In this document: positions 32,582 to 46,300 of the stretch, piece by piece
Position numbering within the stretch: position 1 is the stretch's first letter
Layout: the number at the start of each line of letters is the position of its first letter
NCBI RefSeq assembly: GCF_046119375.1
Contig: NW_027362771.1
Location: forward strand, 396,490,001 to 396,554,000
Length of the DNA stretch: 64,000 nucleotides
Direction: 5' to 3'
Origin: Phyllobates terribilis
Lineage: Eukaryota
The notes under the pieces: generated by a model
The model's database searches: none
Told to the model about the DNA's origin: nothing
The model's input: only the letters and a program-made list of their open reading frames with translations
Position numbers and translations under genes: made by a program

Positions 32582-32673
32582 CTGGCACTGGTGATGTCAA
32601 GCGGCCCCTTCCTGTGCTGAAGTTGGTAAAAGTCCCCGCAGCTCATGTATTCCATACCAAGAAAAACATTCAT
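32582..32673 (-). pseudogene. Kinase exon (hinge, subdomain V)
   Basis: TTACAG|ATG...GCCAG|GTAATG, 92 nt, phase 0-2. Encodes MNVFLGMEYMSCGDFYQLQHRKGPLDITSA(R). Confidence 0.92.
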
Positions 32674-33449
32674 CTGTAACATGGAACATTAGCATTTATT
32701 ATACAGTAAAGACAAATACACATTTCAATACTTGAAGGGGTTTTCCATCCAAGAAAGTTAAAGCATATTGGTAAGATATGTAGTCACTCAATACAAAAGG
32801 TGGCCTAACTGCTGTGACCCCTAACATTCTAAACAATGATATCTAATATATAAATACATTTAGAAATTCTTGTTTCAGCCAATGTTTGGTAATTATTTTT
32901 CTTTTAATTATAGACATAGGCCCAGATTCATAATTTGAATATTTTTAATCACTTTCCTTTTTGGTCTTGTGGTATTTGTTGCTGACTTTTGGTGCCAAAT
33001 TCTTCAAAATGGCGCACACAATTCAAGAATTTGGTACAAAGTAAAAAATGCTCGTTTTCTGCCTTGAAGTGTTTTTGCAACTTTTTGGCCCCAAAAATCA
33101 CACATTTTCGAATAGGTCCCAAAATATGGCAAAAAAACCGGCATACTCAAAAAATACGCCAAAGCGGATTGAAATTAAGACTGCGTCATATTTGCAACTT
33201 AAAAAAATCACAATTGATGAATCAGGTGAAAACATCTGGAATCACTAAACTCTGCCCACAAAGTGAAAAAAAAGCAGACAAGCTCATACAAAATAGACTT
33301 CAAAAAAGGCGCAAATAGAGTAATGAATTGGGTGCAAATAAAAAAAAGGCAAAAACACACAAAACCAGACAAAAAAACAGACGTAAAGGCAATGATGAAT
33401 CAAAGCCTTAATCTTATCTCTCTGCTTTGTTTGGGCTGCCATACAGTAA

Positions 33450-34075
33450 AGGCCCCGTCACACTAAGCGATGCAGCAGCGATCCCGACAACGATACGACC
33501 TGTCAGGGATCGTTGCTGCATCGCTAATACATCGCTGGTGAGCTGTCAAACAGGCAGGCTCACCAGCGATCAGGGGAGCAGCGATATCGTGGAAAGAATC
33601 GTTCCACGATGTCCTGCTCCCGTTACCAGCCTGCTGCTTAAGCAGGAGCAGGCTGGTAACTATGGTAAACATCGGGTTACTAAGTGCGCATGTGCCCCTA
33701 GTAACCCGCTGTTTACCATGGATACCACTCTGCTACGGTGCGCGGGAGCCTCCGCGCACCATAGCAGAGTGGTATCCATGGTAAACAGCGGGTTACTAAG
33801 TGCGCGCGTGCCCCTAGTAACCCGATGTTTACCATGGTTACCAGCCAGATCGTTGGTCCCGCTGGTCACACACAGCGATGTGTGATGGCCAGCGGGAGGC
33901 CAACGACCAAAAAATGGTCCAGGACACTTTGCAGCGATCAGCGACCTCACAGCAGGGGCCTGATCGTTGCAAAGTGTCACACATAGCGACATCGCTGGTG
34001 AGGTCGCTGGTGAGTCACCAAAACCGTGACTCAGCAGCGATCTCGCTAGCGAGATCGCTATGTGAGACGGGGGCT
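33450..34075. mobile_element. PIF/Harbinger-type palindromic MITE
   Basis: AGGCCCCGTCACAC...GTGAGACGGGGGCT TIRs with TAA/TTA flanks and internal palindromes. Same family as 57522. Confidence 0.8.
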
Positions 34076-34840
34076 TTACTGTTTTCTGTGTATCTCGCTT
34101 CCCAAAAAGTGGAATTAAAGATAGTTATAAAGTGTTGTGTACTCCCAAAAAATACCAACGTAAAGTGCAAGCTATGCAAAAAAAACAGCTGTTAACAACA
34201 ACAACGTTATGAGTCTTGTAAAACACCAACACAAAAAAATTTTTTGTTTTTTTTATTTTTTCAGTATGCTAATGTAGCAAAACTTAAAAATTATATAAAT
34301 CTGGTTTCACCATTATCATAAAGACCCCGAGAAAAAAGTTAACATATTATGTAAGTGCCATAAAACCCCCAAAATACCAGCAAACTTGCTATTTTTTTCA
34401 ATCCAACCTACAAAAAATGCATACACCTTATCCAAAACTATGTGCACTCTATAACGGTGCAGTCAAAAATACAACGCTTCATGCAAAATTAAATATAGAC
34501 CTTCAAACAACTACGGTGACAGAAGAATAGAAAAGTCACAGCTTTTAGACTGCAGAGATGAAAAAACAAAATGAAAATTGCTGCTCTCTTACAGCCTCTG
34601 CTGCTTCTTTATGGGGATAAAGGGGTTGTTCAGGTTAGGAAAAAATTGCTTTTCTTCCAGAAAAAAGTGCTTCTGCCCATGAGCTGTGCCTGGTATTTCA
34701 GCTCAGTCACATTCAAGACTATACAGAGCCATTTTGGTCTGAACATTAATACCCCCTCTATATCACCTCTGTAGAGTTTTTCCCTGGCAGAGGTATTGTC
34801 CATTGAGCAGTGAAGCTTGGTTGCATTCAGTGACATTTAA

Positions 34841-35050
34841 AGAAGTTTTCCACTCTCATGATGTACCTAGCATTAGAATAGGTCATTAATATCAGATTGG
34901 TGGGGTGCGATTAGCTGTTACCATCTCCGCCAAAAGCCAGATGTAAACAGTGTACGGAGCGAACAAGGTTTAGTGGTCGCTCTTGGTACTGCAGGACAGC
35001 TCCTATTCAGACGAATAGGTCATCAACATCAAAGTAGTGGCAAGACCTTT
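34841..35050. mobile_element. Short Kolobok/T2-type MITE
   Basis: TTAA|AG start and an internal inverted ATAGGTCAT..AATAT motif. Homologous to 22276. Confidence 0.5.
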
Positions 35051-35075
35051 CAGCACTAAGCAGTCACAATTCTAC

Positions 35076-35350
35076 CTTGGTCTGGAATCCAAAGTCCGCG
35101 TGGACGAGGAAGGGGCTTCCAGATGCCAGCTGAAGAACTCGCCTCTCCACCATGACATCCAGCCTATCACCTCCGGCTAGCAGGGCTCTTTTGCTGATGA
35201 TCTTAACAGCAAATTCTTGATGAGTTAAAGTATCTTCCGCCATCAGGACCTTTCCAAAGCTTCCGAAGCCGAGCACATGGTGGAATAATAATCTCTCCTT
35301 GATGGAATGAGAGATTGTGCCGGAGCTGAATGGCCGAACACCACTGCATC
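35076..35350 (-). pseudogene. Kinase exon (Gly-rich loop, VAIK lysine, alphaC)
   Basis: GATAG|GA...AAG|GTAGAA, 275 nt, phase 1-0. Encodes LGFGSFGKVLMAED...FAVKIISK...VERRVLQLASGSPFLVHADFGFQTK. Confidence 0.93.
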
Positions 35351-35564
35351 CTATCAGGGGAGAAAAATGACAAATATTACAATAAATCTAACATTTACAG
35401 GCCATTATTCAGACTGAGGAAATCTTCTGTTCTAAGTAAAGCTTGTATTTCATTTTATGACTTGTGTTAATGGATTTTATTAATACGCAACTTAGTATTC
35501 CTGTAAGCAATCTACATGGGTTTGTCTGATAAAGAGGAGAAGTTATAAAATGATTATTTCCATT

Positions 35565-37514
35565 TGTTATGCACACGCCCGGGCTGAGCGGCGTGTGCGT
35601 GTGATTGTAGTGATTCCACTGGACCGTGCCGGAGAGTGAATGCCTGGAGGGGCTTAACTAGGTATTCACCTGATCCGACCAGGGTCGCACGACGGCATAC
35701 GACGCCAGTGCACCAAGGAGGAACCGAGCAAAGGGACCAGGTGCTACTCCAGGACAGACCCCGGACACGGCTGTTGACCCACACAGGGGAATACAGGAAC
35801 AGACTGGTAGGCTGGCACACAGACTGGTGGGTATAGGCAGGCACGACTGGTATGCAGGCAGGCGGGTAAGCAGGCTGGGGGGTACAGGCAAGCACAGCTA
35901 GAGTGCAGACAGGGAGGCACTAGCAGGTAGGAACACAGGCGGGATAGGACCCAGTACACACTGGGACTCAGGAACAATACAGGCAGAGGGGTACAGGCAA
36001 GCACAGCTAGAGTGCAGACAGGGAGGCACTAGCAGGTAGGGACACTGGCGGGATAGGACCCAGTACACACTGGGACTCAGGAACAGAGCCACAGATGTGG
36101 CGGACAAACACAGCAGAGTGAGGCCGCCCAGAGAGGTGAGCGAGAACAGGGCAGGACAAGGCCGCCTGGAGCGGTGAGCAAGAGTAGAGCAGGACAAGGC
36201 CGCCAGGAGCGGTGAACAAAGGATCAGAGCTGAGCGAGACTGCTGGAGCAGTGAGCAAGAGTAAAGCAGGACGAGGCCGCCTGGAGCGGTGAGCAAGAGT
36301 GGAGCGAGACTGCCGGAGCAGCGAGCAAAAGGGTCAGAGCGGAGCAAGGCTGCCGGAGCAGCGAGCAAAGGAGTCAGAGCAGGCTAGAACCGCCGGAGCG
36401 GTGAGCAAAGGAGTCAGAGCAGGCTAGAACCGCCGGAGCGGTGAGCAAAGGAGTCAGAGCAGGCTAGAACCGCCGGAGCAGTGAGCAAAGGAGTCAGAGC
36501 AGGCAAGGCTGAGTAGGGGGGACAGGGCTCTGTTCACACGGAACAGACAGGAAGGGAAAGGCAGAGCCAGACACCCACAGGGTACTTGCAGTGAAGTAGC
36601 GAGTGGACCACAAACTCACAAACGGGAGTACAGAGACAACAGGCAGGAGTTAGGTACGAGTTCAGACTCTGCAGAAAAAGGAAAGGAACGGACATAGAGA
36701 AAAGACAGATGAAAGATAGGAGAGAGTACAGACTGGAACTGAGTGTACGGACGAGACCGACACAGGAGCGGGACACAGGAGCGGGTCTGGGAATACGGCC
36801 CCCAGAGAGGCGGGACGAACAGGCAAGGAGCGTGTTCAGACAGAACAGACAAGATACAGGAGCAGGTCTGGGTAATCGGCCCCCAGAGAGGCGGGACGAA
36901 CAGGCTAGGAGCGTGTCCAGACAGGACAGACAAGATACAGGAACGGATCTAGGTAATCGGCCCCTAGAAGGCGGGAGGAACAGGCTAGGAGCGTGTTCAG
37001 ACAGGCCTGGAAATACAGCCTCCAGGAAAGGCAGCAGGCAAGAGTACACAGACAGGACTCAGTTCAGACACGGGAACTGATACCGCAAGGCAGGAGACAA
37101 AGACAGGACTCAGCTCAGACACGGGAACTGATACCGCAAGGCAGGAGACATAGACAGGACTCAGTTCAGACACGGGAACTGATACCGCAAGACAGGAGAC
37201 AAAGAACGGGACCTGGCATCTTCAGAGTGAAAGCACACACTGAATGAACACTATGCTCAGGCAGGGATAGATGGGAGCAGCTGAGCTATATACCAGGTGA
37301 CAGACAGCAATAGGCTGAGGACGCACAAGGGGTGTGACCCACAGCAGGTACAAAAAGCAGGAAGTGATCGGGCGCCGCCCTTAAGCAGCAGAAACAGACA
37401 CAAACAGACAGCATGGAGGGAAGCCAGAGAGACATTCTGGACTGGAGATCAAGTGCGCGCTCTTGCACAGTGGGAGATGGACCACCATGCAAGGACGCCG
37501 CCAGGTATGTTACA
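35565..37514 (-). mobile_element. Solo LTR (chromovirus-like), 1950 bp, inflated by minisatellites
   Basis: TGTTAT...GTTACA termini and 5-bp TSD CCATT (35560-35564 / 37515-37519). TATATA at 37287-37292. Internal units of ~110, 40, 81 and 51 bp. Confidence 0.88.
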
Positions 37515-40500
37515 CCATTATACACTTGGCTGTGATGAGGTTGATCAATATGAACATTTAAAGGGTTTTTCCATAATGACACTTATCACTAGAGACAAAT
37601 CGCATGGATTTTACCGAGACATTCGATTTACAGTGAATTTATTCTCTGCAAATTCAATTTCCTTTATTAAGCTCTGGGATACTGGGGTATGGAAAGACTC
37701 CTAAAGCATAGTAAAGGTAAGATATCGAAAAAAAAGACCGAAAAAACTAATATTCACCTCACTTCTCACCTTTTCCACTCTCTGACCTTCAAGGTTCTTG
37801 GCCCTGCTCCTTACTGCCGGTGTGCGCTGATGGAACATGGTCATCTTCACACTAGGCTAGGACTTCCGGCCATAACTAGACCTGGGATGTCCCTGCGCAT
37901 GCAAAGGAATGTCCTGGGCCTACTAGCAGCTGGAATTCCTGGTCCAGAGTCATGAAGCAAGTGATGATGTTACGACATGTGCCATGACCTTACGACAAGC
38001 ACTCTAGACCAGGACTTCAAGACACAGGGACTTCCAAGGTCTACTCACAAGCTAGCTGGAAGATGTGTCAGTGCACGGTCATGGTAAGTAAAGGAATGGA
38101 GGACCGTACTGGGGACCACGAGCAGCAGAGACATTAGTTTTTTAACCTTTTGTATAGTTCAACAAGATGGTGGCGACCATTTTGCTGAATTCCGACAGAG
38201 CAAGCTACAAAAAATATGGAAAAGAATACTGATTTTTGTAAAAGTCAACTTCAGTTGAATAAATTCTCCCAACTCTAATTATCACCTATATTATTCTGGG
38301 ACCCTTATGATCACTAGAACAGGACATCTGCAGGCGACCTGTGCGGGGGGGTTTGATAGGGTGATGGTGAAACATGCATACTGTTATTTTCAACTCAATA
38401 TTTATGGGACTGACGGAAACAGCAAAGTGCTACAGTATTCTGCTGGCAACTGTAGATGGGAGATCTGAAAAGATGTTTGACCATGTGGTACCTCTCTGTA
38501 GGGCTCTAGCAGCAGTTTACTGTTAACAGTGCTAACAAATTCTTTCTGGGAGTTCCCTAAGACTAGGCATATGGATGGGCATGTGGATGGCATCAGGAAG
38601 GATGCTACAACTGTCACTCCAGAGCAGAGATGTGGTAAAGCGCTTACTGCAGAATGCCAAGAGCATTTCAGAGTCACAGAATTCCCAAAAATCGGAGGCA
38701 TTATACACCAGATTAAAGCTACATTTTCTCAGTCACAATGCTGCTAAAAACTTTAATTTGTAGACCGACCTGCTGATAGTCTTCTTTTTAGAAAATCACT
38801 CTAGCAATTTTTTTTCCATAAACAAAGATTACTTGCCATCAGTATTCTAGCTGTTTAACCAGTTTACAACCTGTCTGTTTCCCCCCATTCCTGTCATACA
38901 TGCACATTTAAGGGCCCTAAAAAGAATGTTCTCGCTTAGATATTTAAAAGTTTTGCCTTTTTTTTTGCAATACATGGGGCTTAATTTTCAATGCATTTTT
39001 ATATTATTTTTTTCTTTGCTTATATCAGGGGAAAAATGTAAATAGAAATAGGAAATGTGTCTATTTTTCACTTTGTTTAAACAAAGGACAAGGAAAACAT
39101 TTCAAATTGCATTCCCCTTTACATAGAAATGATTTTTAGATATTGAACGTATTTTTCTTTTCAATGGAGGCAGGGCTGGAAACAGCGATTCAGACTGGTT
39201 GTGTCTCTTTTTTTAGTTTTTTCATTATTTATGCTTTTTTTTCTATTTTATTTTTGCTTTTTTTCATTTATTGTTTCATATACTTTACACACTATGCCCC
39301 CATAAGGCCTTAAAAGACCTTATAACCCAGCAGCTCTTGTTCCTTCCCTACAGCTAGCGATCACATGTTTCCTGGATCTGGAGGAGGCAGCATGGTAATT
39401 GCTTCCTAATTTCTTGTTAATCTGTAACACAAGTGCTGGTATAGCACTGTGAATACAGCCAAACAGATGGTAAATCTGAGCATGCTCTTTACTCAAGATT
39501 TACGAGCATGCTGAAGATATTATGTGTTCACCCGAGCATGCTCATCGAAAAGGTTAACAGAACATACTCGCTCATCACTAATGGTAAGTATGGTAATAAG
39601 CCATGTATTACCTTATGTCTGGGAAGTCTGGCTGTGTATAACACTCCCCCACTCACAGCTTCACGATCTTGTACAAGCTGCTTACAATCCACTGACGTTT
39701 TAGAACGTCAATGCAGAGTAATGAGTGGACTGTCCAGAAATGTATAATCTATGGGTCATCCAGAAGTATATTTCATCACACCTCAGTTACATCTACACAT
39801 CCCCCTTCATTATAGGGAATTGGGTCATGTGATCTCCAGCCTGACAACTATTCCAGTACATGCACTAATGTGTTGACAGGAAGTCAGTCTCTGATGTCAT
39901 GTGATCTGTACGATGACCTCATTACCTATCAAATCCCTCCTGGCAGCTCAGACTCTTCCCCGCATCCCGAGCTTTAGCCTCCTTGTCGCTCTGTACGTCC
40001 TCCCATGCAGATAAAGATATGTATGAAGACTTTTCTAAAATAAATCCTGTCTTTGCTGCCATAGCAGCCAATCATAGAGCAGCTTTCATTTAGTTTATAT
40101 AAGTGAGCAGTGACATTGTAGGGGAGACCGGCTGAAGCTGCATCACATGAGGCATCATCAAACCTGTCTAAGGGTCTGTTCACATATTAAGTATTTGATT
40201 CAGAGATTTCTACACCATATCTGCATCTTGTGTAAGGAAAAATACAGTGGCAAAGCCACGCGCTTTTGTCCAAATTTGTCCCCAATCTTAAGTATGGGTG
40301 AAATCTGCAGGAAAAACATTGAAAGAATTGATATTCTGCAGATTTAACCCCTTCACAACATCCGCCATACATGTACTGAGCAAGTTGGAAGCAAGTGTGT
40401 AAAGCGGGCTCACAGGGTGAGCCAGCCCCATACCCGGCAGGTGATGTCTGTGTATTACAGCCAGGACCTTCAGCTAACAATCGCGGGTGGAGCGCTGCTC

Positions 40501-40903
40501 TGACATGCATAACACGCAACAGCATGCGTGCGTGTCATTCCCTCCGCCCATCGGTGTGCCTGTGATGTAGCGATGGGTTGTCATTAAAGCCTGGTGTCAG
40601 CTGATGACCCCCGTGCCTGTCATTATGGAGCTCCTTTGAAACCCTGACTGTGGCCAGGCTTCAAAGGAGACTATGATTTCTGCTATATACATCTTTGCAT
40701 CTAGCACAGGCGATTGGACAATTGCGTCTTCAAGTCCCCTAAGGGGGCTAACAATTATAGTGAAAAATAAAAAAAATGTTTTGAAAAAAAAAATAATTAA
40801 AATGTAGCTTTTATTAAACTTAGTTAAAAATGTAGGGATCAATGTAGGGATACCCTGCATTTGGTTAGCTGCAGGGCATCTCTACATTTATCCATTTACC
40901 ATA

Positions 40904-40948
40904 GATTTCCTGATGAACCAACATCTGGTGGAGAAACGCGTCGAGATA
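40904..40948 (+). ncRNA. Minimal type I hammerhead ribozyme motif in a Penelope terminal region
   Basis: CTGATGA...GAAAC-GCG-TC. Stem I is ATTTC/GAGAT (5 bp, one G-U). Stem II ACCA/TGGT is imperfect. Confidence 0.65.
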
Positions 40949-41158
40949 CATTGGAAGACCGTACATGTGGACTGATAAGTATCATGGCCCATGAAATCTA
41001 TACGTTGTTTAGTCTATGATAACTGTGCTTTTTTTAACACTAATGTTTATATTTGTGCTCACCATTCCATTATGAATTATTTGGATCTATTATTGTGACT
41101 TCTATCTGAGATCAGGATAGCTTCTCGCTTGAGGTCAAGCTGAAGGGCTAAGGATTTA

Positions 41159-41945
41159 CCGTATTTTTCAGACCATAAGACGCACTTTTTTCCCCCCAAA
41201 TTTGGAAGGAAAATGGGGGTGCGTCTTATGGTCCGAACGTTACTTTACCGGTGATGGTGGAGCGGGGATCGCAGGGTCCTCCGGCGGCGGCAGAGGTGAG
41301 ATGCTGCTGAAGCCGCGGCCTGTACCTGTGCTGGTGTCGGGTAGTGAAGCTGAGGAGCCGGGGCCTGTGCCGGGCTGTGAGTGTTGTCGGGCGGTGAGGC
41401 AGAGGAGCCGGGGCCTCTGCCGGGCTGTGAGCGGTGTCCGAAGGTGCGGCAGAGCAGCATGTGCTGCTTCCGGAGCTCCGGCGGCCATTTTCCTGTAGAT
41501 CTCTGCCTCACCGCCGGACACCACTCACAGGTCCAGGCCCCAGGCAAGTTCACAGGCCCCAGGCCAGTCCACAGGCCTCAGGCAAGTCCACAGGCCCCAG
41601 CCGGTCCACAGGCCCCAACCAGACACCGGCATCTCACCTCTTCTGCTGCCTCCGGGTTCCTGAGGCAGGGAACAGAGGGATCTGCTAAACTGCTCCACCA
41701 TCACCGCAAGTCACTGCTGCTGCAGCACCGTCTTCATGTATCCAGGGTCCGCAGCATTCCTCCACTTCCGCCGGGCCAGTTTCCTGAAGGACCCTGCCTC
41801 CTGCTCCACCACCCCCCAGGTAAGATACCTAATCGGACTATAAGATGGACCCTATCTTATAAAAAAAATTTTTTTTCCTATTTTCCACCCCAAAATTTGG
41901 GGTGCGTCTTATGGTCCGGTGCGTCTTATAGTCCGAAAAATACGG
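41159..41945. mobile_element. Tc1/mariner-type MITE (TA target)
   Basis: TA|CCGTATTTTTC.GAC.ATAAGACGC...GCGTCTTATAGTCCGAAAAATACGG TIRs with a GC-rich repetitive core. Confidence 0.8.
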
Positions 41946-43333
41946 TTTATATGAATCAATGGGCATATTTGTCAGATGTCATATCTTGTATATATATCCG
42001 CATTCAAGTATGTACAATATTATATTGCTGCCTTGCTGAGCTTTATTCACATTTTGGACTCAAGATACTCTCCTAGTCTTACATTGCATATTGTTTGCAT
42101 ACCCTGCAGACCTCGTTTTTATGTAGTTACAGTGGATGATTTATTTATATATATATTTCTAATCCCGTTACTATCATACTAGCCCTGTGCTCTCCCTCTC
42201 TATTGGTGTTCAGGGACTTTTAGGGATAGACGACTTGTGAGTGGGGGCGCCATTGTCGTACAAATTCTAGGGTGCCAACCCCTGCGGTCAGGAATGGTCA
42301 CCCTAGAGGACAATAGAAGATGACTAGTTCCAGTAGTATCATTGATATGTTATTATATTTATTCATTCCCGCTATTATCATATTACAGGTTGACGAACCT
42401 TCTGTTCCCATCCTGTACTTGCTCACCAAGGTCCATAGGAGTCTATAAGACCCTTGTCTCAGTCAATGGGCGTCTATCTGAACCAATTTCTAGATTCTTG
42501 TATTACTATCTAATACCAGTTGCTATGGAACTTCCACCTTTCATCAAAAACTGCGGAAATTTTACAGAGATTGGATAATATTCATGTTGGTTTAGATATT
42601 TTTCTCATTACATGTGATGTAGAACCATTATATACTTGAATTTCACATGAATATGGATTATCCGCTACTAGGTTTTTTTCTATCAGGCTGGGGTTTGGAT
42701 GAATCTCTTGTGTATTTTCTTATGATTCTTTTTGAATATGTAGCGTCAGCGTCTCTGCCTCCTGCTGGGCAGAGATGTCGATCCCCTCACCTCCGCGGTC
42801 CCGGTCCGACGTCCTCCGGCTCCCCTCCTGCGTCAGCCCGGGGTGCACGCACCGCGCACAGTTCCCCGGGCACTGTGCTCAGGGCGCACATGCACTCCTT
42901 CCCTCTTAAAGGGGCCGTGCGCGCCGTCCTAAAGAGTCCCCGGTCAATGGCCGGAGGACTTCCCCTATATAAGGCACCTCCTCCAAAATGGAGGTGCCTG
43001 TGCAAGATTGTTGTTTGTGTGCTTACACTCTCCTCAGTCCTCAGGTCCCAGTGCCCGCCAGCCTGTCTATCAGCTGTGCCTGCATGTCTGTCTACCGGCT
43101 GTGCTCATCTGCTGTGCCTGTCAGCTTCAGCCATCAGTCCCGTGGGAGTCGCCTGCTCTCACAATGTCGGTCCCAGAGTGGCACCTGGTTCATCTTCCCG
43201 GTCCCTCCTTGGTTCACGAAGTCGACTAAGCCACCATGTGGCCAGGGTTGGTCCGGGTATGCACTTAGTTATTCCCCTCTCGTCCCTCCTTGCATCACAG
43301 CATAGAGGTTCCACCACCTGGATACGTAACAGT

Positions 43334-43343
43334 TTGCACAGGC
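43334..43343 (+). promoter_or_regulatory. Self-priming PBS (complementary to the element's own predicted mRNA 5' end)
   Basis: TTGCACAGGC is the exact reverse complement of GCCTGTGCAA (42996-43005), which lies 30 nt after the TATA start (42966). Confidence 0.85.
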
Positions 43344-43344
43344 C

Positions 43345-46300
43345 ATGGAATCCGGTGGCTCCCAGGCTCCTTCGCTCTCAGACCTGTACTAAGAGGTCTC
43401 TCGCCAGAGATCCCAACAGGATACTATCATGTCCTATCTGCTGACAGTCAACTCCCGCCAGGACGTGCTGTCCACCCCGACTGTGTCCTCCTCTAACCAA
43501 GCAACCCTGTGGCGCTGTGGCACCCAGCTTAGGACCCCGGCTATCTGCTCCTCCATGTTTCGGTGGTGACCCTGCCCTATGTCGGGGCTTCATAAATCAG
43601 TGCACGCTGCACTTTGAGGCTCTGGTGTCCACTTTTTGGGAGGGCCTTTCCGGATGGAGCAAGGATGAGCTAGCCGGTCATGACATACCTCCCTCTCTAG
43701 ACGACCTGGTGTCATTAGCTACCCAAATTGACATCCGTTTTCAGGAGCGTTCTAAGGAGACGACCTGGGAGAGAAGACCCCTGCGTCTCGCACCAACCTT
43801 CCAAAGGCCAGTCTCGCAACCAGCATTCCACCCGGTGTCCTCTCCAGAGTCTATGCAAATAGACCAAGTTAAGATGGTCAAGTCTCGCCAGGAGATCCGC
43901 CGTGCCGAGGGGAGTTGCTTCTACTGTGGCAGTATAGAGCATCAAATCTGCTCCTGTCTGGTGAGACCGGGAAACTCCAGTGTCTAGGACCGCTTGGAGA
44001 GGTCGCCCTAGGCAAAAGTTCTTCCTCTCCGCCCTTGACTCTGTCTGTCTCAGTTACCAGTGATAAGACCCGCTTCTTTGAGACTGCCTATCTGGATTCC
44101 AGAGCCGCTGGGAATCTCATTCAACAAGCCGTTGTGAAGCGTTATCAGATTCCTACCATACGTCTGGATGATTCTTTAGCGGTTTCCTCTGAGGATGGAA
44201 AGCTTCTCTCTGAGACCATCTTGTTTGTCACTGAGCCTGTAACCCTTCAGGTGAGAATGCTACATTCGGAGAAGATCTCCTTTTACGTGCTGTCCGGCCT
44301 CTCTCATCCCCTCTTGCTTGGCCTGCCTTGGTTATAGAGACATGAGCTCGTCCTGAATTGGAGCTCGGGTGAGGTGCTCCATTGGGTTCAGGAATGTCAT
44401 AAGTCTTGTCTGGTTCCGGTTCGTCTTGCTCGACCTCCGTCTATCCCAGCTAACCTACCTGGCCTGCCGGCACCCTACTGGTCATATCAGGACGACTTTG
44501 ATAAAAAGGAGGCAGAGACACTACCACCTCATAGGCCGTATGATTTCCCCATCGACCTAACACCTGGTGCTTCACCTCCTTGCGGGCGAATCTACCCCTT
44601 GTCGCTGGCCGAGACCTGTGCTATGTCTGAATACATAGAGGAGAATCTTGCTAGGGGATTTATCCAGAAATCCACCTCTCCGGCTGGAGCAGGATTCTTC
44701 TTCGTCAAGAAGAAAGACGGCTCTCTTCGTCCATGCATCGACTATAGGGGTCTAAACCAGATTACCATAAAAAATAAGTACCCCCTGCCTCTCATCTCAG
44801 AGCTGTTTGACCGCCTAAAAGGCGCGAAGATCTTCACTAAGCTCGATCTTCTTGGGGCGTACAATCTGGTCCGGATTCGCCAGGGAGACGAGTGGAAGAC
44901 GACATTCAACACTCGGGATGGTCAGTACGAATTCCGCGTAATGCCCTTCGGTCTCTGTAATGCTCCAGCTGTCTTCCAGGAGTTAGTAAACGACATCTTC
45001 CGAGATCTCCTGTATTCCTGCGTGGTGGTGTACCTGGACGATATCTTGGTGTTCTCCCCTGATCTGCCCTCTCACCGGAGGGATGTTCATCAGGTACTAC
45101 TGCGGCTTTGGAAGAATTGCCTGTATGTTAAGTACGAGAAGTGCCTCTTTGAGCAGACCTCCCTACCATTTCTGGGATATATCATCTCTGAGACCGGACT
45201 GTGAATGGATCTCGAGAAGGTGTCTGCCATCTTAAAGTGGCCCCGACCCGAGGGGTTGAAGGCTATTCAGCGGTTTCTGGCATTCACTAACTATTACCTC
45301 CTCTTCATTCCTCATTTCTCCTCCCGGACTGCTCCCATCTCAGCTCTCACCCGTAAAGGAGCAGATCCCAGGGAATGGACTTCTGAGGCGGAAAATGCCT
45401 TTGTTTCTCTTAAGCAAGCCTTCTCCTCCGCACCAGTGCTACATCGTCCTGATTGCAATAAACAGTTCTTCCTGGAGGTTGATGCCTCTTCCTCCAGAGC
45501 CGGAGCAGTGCTCACCTAGAAATCCTCGTCCGGGCGAATGGTGACCTGCGGCTTCTTCTCCAAACTCTTTTCTTTGTCCGAGCGCAATTACTCCATTGGA
45601 GATCAAGAACTGCTGGCTATCAAATTAGCGCTGGAGGAGTGGCGTTACTTGCTTGAAGGGGCTCTGCACTCGGTGGTCATCTACACTGACCATAAAAACC
45701 TCGCTTACTTTCAGACCGCCCAAAGACTAAATCTGCGTCAGGCCAGATGGTCTTTGTTCTTTGCTCTTTTTTGCTTCTCTCTCTATTACCGCCCAGCAGT
45801 CAAGAATATTAAAGCTGACGCTCTATCCAGCTCTTTTCTGTCTACCGACTAAGAGGAGGAGCCTCTACACATCATTGACCCCTCCAGAATAATGACTGTT
45901 GCTCCGTTTGACCTGTCTCATCTACCTCATGGTAAGACCTTTGTAGCGGCTCAAGATCGCAAGAGGGTCTTACTCTCGGGTCATTCGTCCAAACTGGCTG
46001 GTCATGCCGGCCAGAGCAAGACGCTTCTGCTCATTGCCCGACATTATTGGTAGCCCACCCTGCGCAAGGATGTTGCGGATTTTGTCGCGGCTTGTTCCTC
46101 TTGTGCCCGTAACAAGATACCTAGGCACCTTCCAGCTGGTCATCTTCTTCCTCTTCCCGTGCCTTCTGCTCCTTGGCAACACATTGCGATGGACTTCATC
46201 ACTGATCTCCCGGTATCTTGCGGTTCTACCGTCAGTTGGGTGGTCTCTGACCGCTTCTCCAAGATGACTCACTTCATCCCTTTGCCTGGTCTTCTGTCTG

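Noticed and set aside
38402-38763. Short ORFs in a moderately GC-rich intronic stretch
   Set aside because: No recognisable domain or convincing splice sites; cannot be supported without a search.
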